From positions 990,001-1,022,000 of the forward strand of contig CP060222.1 of NCBI GenBank assembly GCA_023898425.1: DNA of 32,000 nt. The letters are read 5' to 3'. Below the pieces are notes generated by a model. That model was not told the DNA's origin. It did no database searches and worked only from the letters and a program-made list of their open reading frames with translations. A program made the position numbers and the translations under genes. Origin of the DNA: Candidatus Saccharimonadota bacterium. GTDB taxonomy: Bacteria > Patescibacteriota > Patescibacteriia > 2-12-FULL-60-25. This document shows positions 16,467 to 25,413 of this stretch, piece after piece. Positions within the stretch are counted from its first letter, which is position 1. The number at the start of each line of letters is the position of its first letter.

Positions 16467-16479
16467 ATCAACCGTTGAT
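16467..16479. promoter_or_regulatory. 6-1-6 palindrome atcaac-c-gttgat in the hxlR/nitroreductase divergent intergenic region (candidate operator)
   Basis: A perfect inverted hexamer pair centred in the 81-bp divergent promoter region. Confidence 0.35.
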
Positions 16480-16514
16480 AGCTTTTTACTCCGAAAAGTT
16501 TACCCTATTTCCGT

Positions 16515-17153
16515 ATGAAAGACCAGATTGTAAAGGCGATGAATTGGCGATATGCCGTTAAAGCGTATGACAAAGACAAAAAAGTAAGTAAAGAAGATCT
16601 CGAAACCATTTTAGAAGTAGGGCGCTTAGCTCCAAGTTCATTTGGGATTGAAGCTTGGAAGTTTCTTGTGATAGAGAATCCAGAACTACGTGAAAAGATT
16701 AAGGGCGCTGCTTATGGCCAAACGCAAGTCACAGATGCGAGTTATCTTATTGTTGTTACGCAACGTACGGATATTCGAGAGAACATTGCACGTGAGCTTG
16801 TTGAGCGTACGGCAAAAGCAACGGGTAAATCGCCTGAAGATCTCGCAGAGTTTAACAAGATGATTTCGGGATCTATCCAATCCCGTACGGATGATCAATT
16901 GCTCGCATGGGCACGATCACAGACGTATATCGCCTTAGGCGCGATGGTAGAAGCGGCAGCTTTACTTGGTGTAGATGCTTCTTCTATGGAAGGATTTAAT
17001 CCTGCAGAGGTTGATAAAATTCTTGGTTTAAAAGAAAAGAATCTCGCTTCAGTCACGCTTTTTGAAGTTGGTTATCGAAGTAACGAGGATGGTTATGCTA
17101 CACGCGCAAAAGTACGTAGACCGTTTTCAGAGGTGGTTGAATTTATCAAATAA
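16515..17153 (+). CDS. NAD(P)H nitroreductase family protein
   Basis: 212 aa. RYAVKAYDKDKKVSKEDLETILEVGRLAPSSFGIEAWKFLVIENPELREKI is typical of the NfsB-like nitroreductase fold. Confidence 0.75.
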   Translation: MKDQIVKAMNWRYAVKAYDKDKKVSKEDLETILEVGRLAPSSFGIEAWKFLVIENPELREKIKGAAYGQTQVTDASYLIVVTQRTDIRENIARELVERTAKATGKSPEDLAEFNKMISGSIQSRTDDQLLAWARSQTYIALGAMVEAAALLGVDASSMEGFNPAEVDKILGLKEKNLASVTLFEVGYRSNEDGYATRAKVRRPFSEVVEFIK

Positions 17154-17171
17154 GTTTTCGCTCGTATGAGA

Positions 17172-17195
17172 AAACCCGCACGAGAGTGCGGGTTT
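17172..17195. terminator. Bidirectional terminator between the nitroreductase and NUDIX genes
   Basis: aaacccgcac/gtgcgggttt 10-bp stem with loop gaga. Confidence 0.75.
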
Positions 17196-17207
17196 AGCAT
17201 TATTGAG

Positions 17208-17702
17208 CTATTTACGAAGAGCGAAGGCATTCGTTAAGGCGGTACGCCAATCTGCCGTTAAGGCAAAGCCACGATCAAGCGCTTTTTCGATAGGAATCCA
17301 AAATGGTTTGCAATTGGTTTCGCGCTCATCTGTCGTGAGATTTATATCGCTCACCTCTCCGCTTTCATAGCGGCAGAGATAAAACAAACAAAGGCAGTGA
17401 TGAAATTTATCTTTGTAATACCAGAGACTCGTATCACAGTGACAAATAACGTCAGGAGAAACATGCGTATTCGTTTCTTCGAATACTTCGCGTTTGAGAG
17501 CATCAAGATGTTTCTCGCCGAGATCAATGGCGCCACCAGGCAAGGTTAGACCGTATGTGGTATCTAAGACGAGTATGTCGTTCTCACGCAATGTGATGGC
17601 GTAGATAGACGGTCGATGTTTGAGCTGATCGGGTGCACAGGCATGTTTTTCGCCATGCATATCCGTACAATAAACAAGGGGTTTTGTTTCATCATTACGC
17701 AT
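17208..17702 (-). CDS. NUDIX hydrolase
   Basis: Nudix box LPGGAIDLGEKHLDALKREVFEETNTHV. Confidence 0.8.
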   Translation of the reverse strand: MRNDETKPLVYCTDMHGEKHACAPDQLKHRPSIYAITLRENDILVLDTTYGLTLPGGAIDLGEKHLDALKREVFEETNTHVSPDVICHCDTSLWYYKDKFHHCLCLFYLCRYESGEVSDINLTTDERETNCKPFWIPIEKALDRGFALTADWRTALTNAFALRK

Positions 17703-17824
17703 GGCTCTACCTCCAAAAGTACTAACAGAAGTTCAACATGGATAGGGTGATAAGGTCAATATTTTTACGGCTTTCATTGACCAAAGCGTCTTTGATCGCT
17801 ACTATCTGGCCACACTCAAACCAT

Positions 17825-17916
17825 GGAGAGGTGGCAGAGTGGTCGAATGCAACGGACTTGAAATCCGTCGTACGGCTTTAACCGTACCGAGGGTTCGAAT
17901 CCCTCCTTCTCCGCCA
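17825..17916 (+). tRNA. tRNA-Ser (anticodon UGA), CCA encoded
   Basis: Acceptor ggagagg/cttctcc; anticodon stem-loop acgga-cttgaaa-tccgt; long variable arm cgtacggctttaaccgtaccg; T arm gaggg-ttcgaat-ccctc. It ends in gcca. Confidence 0.9.
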
Positions 17917-18049
17917 GCAAAAAAACACTCGATTAACGAGTGTTTTTTTGATTTAGCCACCTTTGGTTTTGACTAGTCACGAGTTATAAATAGTGAATTC
18001 GTGTATGATGAAAAAAGATACTTACTAAGGTATAGAGGAAAAACAAAAA
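17911..18049 (+). repeat. Direct repeat copy 1 (attL-like): last 6 nt of the tRNA, its terminator and the tspO upstream region
   Basis: ccgccagcaaaaaaacactcgattaacgagtgttttttt...ggaaaaacaaaaa. It differs from copy 2 only in A7 versus A6 and gcca versus tccta. Confidence 0.85.
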
Positions 18050-18071
18050 TCCCGAATCCTTTCGGGATTTT
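18046..18071. terminator. Terminator downstream of the recombinase gene
   Basis: aaaatcccgaa/ttcgggatttt 11-bp perfect stem with loop tcct. Confidence 0.7.
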
Positions 18072-18116
18072 CTTGTTATTAACATTTTTCGGCTTGGTTG
18101 GCTTCTTTTATGAAGT

Positions 18117-19392
18117 TTATGGCAAGTTCGAACCGATTATTGCTCTTCCGCCCAAAAGACGAGATTTTTTCTTCCAAATCCTTTTGGCGAGAATAAGCTT
18201 TTTGCTTTTGGTCGCATATTCTGCTTGCGACAAACTGCCTTCCAAATGTAAATCAAGCAAGCGATCAAGTTTTGCCTCAATCTCTACAAGCTCATCTCGC
18301 AATTTTTGGGCGAAAGAGCTTTCCGCTTGGGCAGTTTTCATTTTTTCACTTTCAAAATAATTGATTGACGCATTAGCCCAAGCGGAAGACAAAGAAACTT
18401 TTTGATTTCCTCTTTTATTTGAGAAGTGATGATTTCTTCACGAACATATTTTTTGGTACAAGGATTTTTCCGTTTGGTGCAACGCAAATAGTTATGACCT
18501 TTTTGCGTTTCGGTGGTGATAAAACAACCACATTCGCCACAACGGAAAAATCCTCTATACACAAAAGGTTTTCAATTTCGGCGTTTTCGGTTTGGATTTT
18601 TTCATCATCACTTCTTGGCATAAATCAAAAGTTTCTTTGTGATAATCGGTTCGTGCTTTCCGTCATACATTTCGCCATTGTATTCAATCACGCCATAATA
18701 AATCGGGTTTTTGAGCATGTACTGATAATTTGAGACGGAAAGCATTTTGCCTTTCTTGTTTCAAGTCTAAGAGAATTGATAATCTTTCGGATTTGAGCGA
18801 GCGGGTATTCGCCAGTGGCATACATTTCAAAAGCCCGCTTGATATATTTTGCTTTTTCTTTATCAACCGCAATACAGCGGGCGTTTTTATCGTTTATATA
18901 GCCCAATGGTGCCCAAGCGAGGCCAAATGCCATTTCGCAATTTCTGGCGAATACCCCTCTTTATGTTTTCCGAAAGATTATCCACATAGTATTTTGATTG
19001 CCCAAAAGCGATGGACAACATAAATTTTCCTTGCGGTGTCGGATCAAACCAAAAGTCGGGAATTTTAGCGCGGATATTTTACCAGTATCAACAAGATAAA
19101 TTATTCGTCCGCCGTCTATGGAATTGCGAGCAAGGCGGTCGGGGTGCCACGCTAAAATTCCCTCGGCTTCATTTTCCTCTATGCGCGAGATCATTTCGTT
19201 AAAAATCTCTCTGCCCGGCTCTTTGGCGGTCTTACTTTCCACAAATTCACGGACGATATTCAAGCCCTCTTTTCTGGCGTATTTCGAAATTCAAAAGTTG
19301 CGCCTCAATACTGCGGAATTTGACGCTCTGGTTCGTCCGTGGATTTTCTTGTATATAGGAAAAACTTTTTGGTTTAAATTTATGTTGTCCAT
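18117..19392 (-). pseudogene. Large serine recombinase, fragmented over at least five frame segments
   Basis: Starts at ATG 19392 (MDNINLNQKVF). The catalytic motif YTRKSTDEPERQ, then SIEAQLL and GLNIVREFVESKTAKEPGREIFNEMISRIEENEAEGILAWHPDRLARN, lie in different frames. The recombinase domain (APLGYINDKNARCIAVDKEKAKYIKRAFEMYATGEY), zinc ribbon (FRCGECGCFITTETQKGHNYLRCTKRK) and coiled-coil tail are each on a separate track ORF. Confidence 0.75.
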
Positions 19393-19607
19393 ATTGTTTT
19401 GAAATTAGCTTTTGGGCAATCAAAGAAAAATGCGTTCAACCTTTCGCTGAAAGCGTGGAAAAATTAGTTCTGAAAACTTCGTTTTCTCTGTTGTCGCACA
19501 GGAACTTCCACATTGCCGACCGCACTTTGTTTTTGGATTTCAAAAATGCCTTCAAAATGCGGAAAAAACCCCATGCCGAGGCGCTTCCGATTCCGATTTC
19601 AAGTTTT

Positions 19608-19813
19608 GGCGGTGTGTATTGGACGAAGTTCGAATGTATTTCGGACAAAATCCGCAGGATTTTGACGAATGACCTTTGCGCCTCGGCGCGCTCGACAAGC
19701 TCGCGCGGGGCAAAACCCAAAAATTTCCTATCATTTTTATTTGCGGCTCCCCCACACACCCCCGCCGAAAATGGATTGGTAAGGAAATTTTTGGTTTTGC
19801 TGCCGCCGCTTCA
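19608..19813 (+). repeat. Inverted repeat, left copy (about 206 bp)
   Basis: tggcggtgtgtattggacgaagttcgaatgtatttcggacaaaatccgcaggattttgacgaatgacc...gctgccgccgcttca. This is the reverse complement of 23990-24198, with a few substitutions and short indels. Confidence 0.8.
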
Positions 19814-19861
19814 TAAAATCATTGTTTTTGCACACTTGTATTATAACTTAACATTGAGTCA

Positions 19862-19891
19862 AAACACAAGAGAATGATATAATAACCGTGT
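19862..19891 (+). promoter_or_regulatory. Promoter TTGAGT-N18-TATAAT upstream of the HTH controller gene
   Basis: ttgagt at 19862-67 and tataat at 19886-91, 20 nt upstream of ATG 19911. Confidence 0.45.
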
Positions 19892-19910
19892 TGATAAGTT
19901 TTCATACAAT

Positions 19911-20117
19911 ATGGCGAAATCCACAGCACAAAAATTTGGCGAGAACATGAAGAAAATACGGCTCGAGAAAGGTATGTCGCAAGGCGATATTTGCCGTGAG
20001 TTAGGGTTAGATCGGGCGTATATTAGTAATGTTGAGAATGGTAAGCAAAATCTAACAATTAGCACGATGGAAAAGGTCGCCAAAGTGCTTGGTGTGAGCG
20101 TAGATCAACTTTTTTAA
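19911..20117 (+). CDS. XRE-family HTH protein, likely R-M controller (C) protein
   Basis: 68 aa: IRLEKGMSQGDICRELGLDRAYISNVENGKQNLTISTMEKVAKVLGVS. It lies immediately upstream of the methyltransferase. Confidence 0.75.
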   Translation: MAKSTAQKFGENMKKIRLEKGMSQGDICRELGLDRAYISNVENGKQNLTISTMEKVAKVLGVSVDQLF

Positions 20118-20126
20118 AATAATTTT

Positions 20127-21118
20127 ATGGCAAAGAATACTCAAAGCAAATTTATGATCGTATCGCTTTTTGCCGGATGTGGCGGTCTGGACCTTGGCTT
20201 TGTTGGAGGTTTTGAATCAAACGGAAAAAAATATCAAAACATCCATTTGTAATTGATTGGGCCAACGACATAGACGAACCAGCGTGTAAAACTTTTAAAA
20301 ATTATTTCAAACACGATATTGTTTGCGGAAGCATCGTTGATATTTTGAACAATAAGCATGATTCCATGTTTGATGCGCCGCTACCCAAAAAAGCTGATAT
20401 TGTTCTCGGCGGTTTTCCATGCCAAGAGTTTAGTCATGCGGGAAAACGAAGAGGTTTCAATAGTGAAAAAGGACTTCTGTATCGCAGCATGGCCGAGGTC
20501 ATTCGCAGAACGAAACCAGTATTATTCGTGGCTGAAAATGTAAAAGGTCTTCTTACGATAGATAACGGCACAGCAATCGACATTATCAAAGATGATTTTG
20601 CGGGGCTAGGATATCACGTAAATCATAAATTGCTTCTTGCGGCGGACTATGGCGTCCCTCAAATGCGCGAACGAGTAATTATTATCGGGACTCGCAAGAA
20701 TGTGCTGCCTAGATTTGAGGATAGTGACTATCCAAAACCAACCCATAAGGGCAAGCAGCATGTTTCAGTCAAAGAAGCATTTGGCGATTTGGAAAATATA
20801 AAAGAAGGTGATTTTCCGAATCATCACTGGTCAAAAGCAAGGAAAAACAAAGGACAAGGAAATGGAGTAATTGACCCTAAAAACCAGGACCCACAATGCG
20901 AACCGAACACCATGGCAATATCGAATACCATTGGAATGGCAAACGACGACTTTCAGCTCGAGAGGCCGCAAGAATCCAATCTTTCCAGATGATATGGTAT
21001 TTTGCCATCTACATCGCAAGCATACAAACAAATTGGCAATGCCGTTCCTCCTGTTTTGGCGTGGCACATTGCGAAATCAATTCGATCATTTCTCGATAAG
21101 AACTTGAAACAAGTATGA
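20127..21118 (+). pseudogene. DNA (cytosine-5) methyltransferase, frameshifted about four times
   Basis: Motif I LFAGCGGLDLGF, IV GGFPCQEFS, VI FVAENVKGL, VIII QMRERVIIIG, IX RRLSAREAARIQSF, X YKQIGNAVPPVLAWHI. These are spread over several frames. The first shift is in the A7 run at 20225-20231. Confidence 0.8.
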
Positions 21119-22100
21119 TCTACGCCAAAAAGAAAAATCCGAGTGAAGAAATTTTTTGAAAATTCTTGAAGTTTCAAAGAATAAACTTGTTTCTAAGTTG
21201 AGGACTGAAAAACCGCTTCCAAATTCAAGTGATTTTGAAGTTTTGGTTTGTGAAGTAATGATAGAGGTGGCAAAAGGCACCGAGTTTGAAGGGACTATAC
21301 GGCAAACTGGAATCGCGGCATTCCCCGACATTGTGGCAAACGGCTATTTTGGTGTGGAAGTTAAAATGACAATAAAGGACCACTGGCATTCAACGGGCAA
21401 TAGTGTTTTTAGAATCACTCATGAAGCAGATGTTCAGAGAATTTACATTATGTTTGGGAAAATGGGAGGCGAACCAGACGTGAAATATCGGCTATATCAG
21501 GAATGTTTACCAGAAGTTAGCGTAACTCACTCTCCTCGCTATCGCATAGACATGAATTTGCCGGAAGGTGAATCCATTTTTGATAAGATCGGCGTTTCCT
21601 ATGATGAGTTAAGAACGAGTGAAGATACTATTAAACAAATAAAATCATACTATCGAGGCCAACTAAAAGAAGGCGAAGGTCTGTGGTGGATTGATGAGGA
21701 ATCGAAGCACCATCACCAGTGATTAAGCAGTTTCGAACACTGGATCCCACTGACAAAGAAAAGTTTAAGGTTGATTGTATGATTTTCTTTCCAGAATTAT
21801 TTAAGAATCGGGCAAACTACGATCGAGCCGCCACATATCTTGTTACTGAATTCGGGGCAGTGTCAGCAAGCCTGAGAGATGAATTTAGCGCGGGAGGACG
21901 ACGGGAAGTCTTGATAGCACGTGAGGAGGAGAAACGTTTCGCAAGTGCTTTCCCAGCTACGCGAAAGTTACGCCCCAGGAATAGCTAGCCGAATCAATGA
22001 GATAGACGAAGATTTATTGAAATTCTATTGGCAAGTTCCTTCCATTGAGGCAAATAGAATCGAGCAATGGAAAGAACTTGTGGATAGGGACGCATGCTAG
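21115..22100 (+). pseudogene. Type II restriction endonuclease (PD-ExK), frameshifted
   Basis: ATG 21115 overlaps the methyltransferase stop (ATGA). The first shift is in the T6 run at 21152-57. The nuclease motif is FPDIVANGYFGVEVKM. The reading continues across ORFs 21156..21722 and 21719..21988 and a fourth frame, to TAG at 22098-22100. Confidence 0.55.
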
Positions 22101-22144
22101 TGGTCTTGGTGCCGAATCTCCCTCAGAAGTTTTTCAATCTGGCT

Positions 22145-22590
22145 ATGAAGAAGCGAACTCGCAATAAACTAAGCCGTGATTTTTCAAAGGAAAGAGATTT
22201 AGACAAACTAACTATCCGAGAAAGATCACGACGAATGTCGCTCATACGCTCAAGATCAACAAAATTTGAGCAAGATTTTATTGCCACTCTCAAAAAAACA
22301 AATTCGCAAAACTTTTTACTACTAATGACAAGGGTGTTTTAGGTAAGCCCGATATTGCTTTTAAGAAGCACAAAGTTTGCGTTTTTTCTCGATAGTAACT
22401 TCTGGCATGGCTGGCAATATCCACGTTGGAAGCATTTACTCAAAAATGATTTCTGGCGTGAAAAAATTGAGCGTAACAGAAAACGAGACAAAAGGTGACA
22501 CGAAAACTTTATGCTGAAGGTTGGACCGTGTTGCGTTTTTGGGAACATCAGCTTAAGAAAGATCAAACTGTTTGCGTGCAAAAAGAATAG
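22145..22590 (+). pseudogene. vsr: Very-short-patch repair endonuclease (Vsr), frameshifted
   Basis: RSRRMSLIRSRSTKFEQDFI..., then GKPDIAFKKHKVCVFLDSNFWHGWQYPRW...WREKIERNRKRDKR, then VTRKLYAEGWTVLRFWEHQL. These lie in three frames; one shift is at the T6 run at 22382-87. Confidence 0.75.
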
Positions 22591-22639
22591 TGGACACGCT
22601 TAAATAACGGCAAGGCTTGCCCTATAATAAAGCAATATC

Positions 22640-23287
22640 ATGAAACTTACCGAGCTTAAGAAAATTGAATTACCCAGAGAGAAAATGGAGAAGTACGGTG
22701 CAAAGCGCCTCAAAACTTTTGAGTTGCTAGCGATTGTGCTTGGCTCGGGAATCAAAGGATGTAATGTACTTGAACTTGCGCGAAAAAATAGAAAAACTTA
22801 TAGCTCTAAAATCGGTAAATAACGTCACGATTGATGATTTACGAAAAATTCGTGGACTTGGAAAAACAAAGGCAATTCAAATACTTTCCGTTATTTCCCT
22901 TGTGGATCGCCTTGGGAGCGAGCGTAGTGCTGAATTGTTATCAGGAAAAGATATATGGAATTTATGTGCGGACTTTCGTTCATCGAAAAAGAACACATGG
23001 TGGCGTTTTACCTCGACACTCAACAAAAATTGATCGAAAGGCGTGTTATCTCAGTAGGAACCCTTGACGCTTCACTTTTACACCCACGAGAAGTCTTTGA
23101 GCCTGCTTTGCAATTAGCAGCGGCAGGGGTTATTCTAGCGCATAATCACCCTTCGGGAAATCTCGAGCCTTCAGATGAGGATATCGCAGTCACAAAAAGA
23201 ATAGCTGACGCCGGAGATCTGCTTGGGATTAATCTTGTTGATCATATCATTGTTTCGGATAAAGAATTTCGAGTCATGAATCTGTAA
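22640..23287 (+). pseudogene. radC: RadC-like JAB-domain protein, frameshifted
   Basis: N-terminal LPREKMEKYGAKRLKTFELLAIVLGSGIKGCNVLELA, middle LRKIRGLGKTKAIQILSVISL, C-terminal ILAHNHPSGNLEPSDEDIAVTKRI. These lie on three track ORFs in different frames. Confidence 0.8.
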
Positions 23288-23467
23288 GGAATTGGCGAAA
23301 CAGGGTTGAAAAAAATAATAAAATAATTTAGAATACCAATGAAAACGAGGCGTTAAGCCCGTCCCGTGTTCTTGCAAAAGCCAAAATGACTATCTTCATA
23401 TCGCGTCTGGCGAGAAAGGAGGTAGTCGAACCTTTCTCGATATTATTAACTTAATTCGAGATGTTCT

Positions 23468-23686
23468 ATGGCAAATTCAAATTGCAAGAACGATGCGCCT
23501 GGCATGAAAGGCTGCCGTACTCGAAACCAAAATGGATTGTTGCGCGACAAGCGTGATGACACCCATATTGGTACAATCGAGAAACAATATGGCATTGACC
23601 TTGGTGTCAGGTCTGATATGCAACTCGGGACTTATCTTGAGAAGCATAACATCGAATCTCTGAACGATCTTATCACGGGTCGCTAA
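23468..23686 (+). CDS. Small hypothetical protein (72 aa)
   Basis: Intact ORF followed by a terminator. I recognise no family. Confidence 0.4.
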   Translation: MANSNCKNDAPGMKGCRTRNQNGLLRDKRDDTHIGTIEKQYGIDLGVRSDMQLGTYLEKHNIESLNDLITGR

Positions 23687-23696
23687 GGGAAGCGGG

Positions 23697-23730
23697 GACG
23701 AGGCTAACGCCTCGTCTTCATTTTCATTTT
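23697..23730 (+). terminator. Rho-independent terminator
   Basis: gacgaggc/gcctcgtc stem with loop taac, followed by T-rich ttcattttcatttt. Confidence 0.65.
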
Positions 23731-23989
23731 ACCTCAATTTGAATTTTCTTGCTTATTTCTCTGTGCATAAAAACGAAGCCACAGAGAGCGAACACGAAGC
23801 AAGCACCGAGCAGGCATCGCGAACGAATGTGAGCGGCCAATGCGAGGTGCCTGCAAAGTGTGAGAGGACTACCGAACTACCACCAAACGCGGAGACGAGA
23901 GCGCCTCGGGCCGACGCAAGCGACGGAGAAAAGGCGGGCGTAAAACCGGCAAAAGTGCTAAAATACACTTATTAGCCTTTTTGAGAGAG

Positions 23990-24198
23990 TGAAGCGGCGG
24001 CAGCAAAACCAAAAATTTCTTACCAATCCATTTTCGGCGGGGGTGTGGGGAGCCGCAAATAAAAAATGATAGGAAATTTTTGGGTTTTGCCTGCCGCGCG
24101 AAAGCTTGTCAGAGCGGCCGAGGCGAAAAAGGTCATTCGTCAAAATCCTGCGGATTTTGTCCGAAATACATTCGAACTTCGTCCAATACACACCGCCA
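23990..24198 (-). repeat. Inverted repeat, right copy (about 209 bp), whose outer end overlaps the start of attR
   Basis: The reverse complement matches 19608-19813. The outermost ccgcca (24193-98) is also the tRNA 3'-end copy that begins the direct repeat. Confidence 0.8.
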
Positions 24199-24331
24199 GC
24201 AAAAAACACTCGATTAACGAGTGTTTTTTTGATTTATCCTACCTTTGGTTTTGACTAGTCACGAGTTATAAATAGTGAATTCGTGTATGATGAAAAAAGA
24301 TACTTACTAAGGTATAGAGGAAAAACAAAAA
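24193..24331 (+). repeat. Direct repeat copy 2 (attR-like)
   Basis: Same 139-bp sequence as 17911-18049. It ends 2 nt before the tspO ATG at 24334. Confidence 0.85.
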
Positions 24332-24333
24332 AG

Positions 24334-24740
24334 ATGAACACATATAATTGGTACTCGCAACTCGTAAGACCCAGTTGGGCACCACCGTCTTGGGTGTTTG
24401 GACCTGTGTGGACGGTGCTGTATGCGATAATTAGTGTTTCTTTTGGTACAGTTTTTTATAAGGTATTCACTGATAAGATTGCATGGACGGTGGCTTTGCC
24501 ATTTGCCTTAAATCTCGCTTTTAACGCGGCTTTTTACGCCTCTTCAGTTTGGTTTAAAAAACAATCTATTAGCGGCGATTGATATTGTGCTCGTTCTGTT
24601 TACATTGGTTTGGGCTTTTTTATGCCGTATGGACGGTATTACCTGAGCTTCGTTGGGTTGTTTATGTAAATATTCCTTATTTGCTCTGGGTATTATTTGC
24701 GACCGTTTTGCAGTTGACAATCACCTATTTAAATCGATAA
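24334..24740 (+). pseudogene. tspO: TspO/MBR family membrane protein, two frame changes at T runs
   Basis: MNTYNWYSQLVRPSWAPPSWVFGPVWTVLYAII...ALNLAFNAAF, then TPLQFGLKNNLLAAIDIVLVLFTLVWA, then ...AVWTVLPELRWVVYVNIPYLLWVLFATVLQLTITYLNR. The shifts are at T5 (24531-35) and T6 (24616-21). Confidence 0.75.
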
Positions 24741-24836
24741 GTCACGCTTTAGCCACGTTCTTGCTGGGCTTGTTTTTTCTGTATAAATAGCCTATGATCC
24801 TTGGATCTTTAGTCTATAGTATTATTTTTAGGTGTT

Positions 24837-25361
24837 ATGAAGATATTGGATTTTCCTCATGCCTCACAAACATATGAGTATGATTGCGGACCAACGGTAT
24901 TGCAGGGAATCCTGACATACTACGGCGCCGAAGTAAGAAAAGAAAAAATTTTTAAATGGGCGCGTACGAACACGAGACACGGAACTCTTACAAAAGGAAT
25001 GTTGAAGGTTCTTGATCGTTTTTCATTAGAGTATGATTCTCGTCTCATGACAATCGGAGATATTAAGGAATATATAGATAAGGATATTCCTGTTATTTTG
25101 CTTTTGCAGGCATGGAATGAAAAAGATCAGCTTTATACCGACCGTTTTGATGATAGTCATTGGGTTACGGCAATTGGCTACAATGAGGACACAATTCTTT
25201 TTGAAGATCCTTATGCCTTTGCTCGCGTCTATCTCAAGCAGAGCGAGTTAGTAAAACGTTGGCACGGCAGAGAGGGTCGCAAACGTATTTTGCAGCACGG
25301 TATCGCTGTTTACGGAAAAGACCCTGCCTATCAGTCACAAAGAGTGATTCACATGGATTAG
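24837..25361 (+). CDS. Peptidase C39-like (papain-fold cysteine peptidase) domain protein
   Basis: QTYEYDCGPTVLQGILTYYG (Q...C catalytic region) and HWVTAIGYNEDTILFEDP (His/Asp region). Confidence 0.6.
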   Translation: MKILDFPHASQTYEYDCGPTVLQGILTYYGAEVRKEKIFKWARTNTRHGTLTKGMLKVLDRFSLEYDSRLMTIGDIKEYIDKDIPVILLLQAWNEKDQLYTDRFDDSHWVTAIGYNEDTILFEDPYAFARVYLKQSELVKRWHGREGRKRILQHGIAVYGKDPAYQSQRVIHMD

Positions 25362-25413
25362 CGCAAAAGTGCTATGATACAAGCAATATATTTTTAATTT
25401 CTTGTATTAGCCT

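Larger units (their letters stand above)
17911..24331. mobile_element. Integrated element (about 6.1 kb insert) at the 3' end of tRNA-Ser, bounded by 139-bp direct repeats
   Basis: The direct repeats are 17911-18049 and 24193-24331. The interior encodes a serine recombinase, an R-M module, Vsr and RadC. Confidence 0.75.

Noticed and set aside
18001-18360. ORFs 18001..18360 and 24283..24582 share the N-terminus MYDEKRYLLRYRGKTK, suggesting a duplicated gene
   Set aside because: The shared part lies inside the 139-bp direct repeat (att-like sequence). The true tspO start is ATG 24334, just after the repeat. ORF 18001 otherwise runs antisense to the recombinase 3' end.
19608-24198. The 206-bp repeat pair as a DGR template/variable repeat
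   Set aside because: The copies are inverted. Their differences are mostly indels rather than adenine-specific substitutions. Neither copy sits at the 3' end of a target ORF, and no reverse transcriptase is present in the window.
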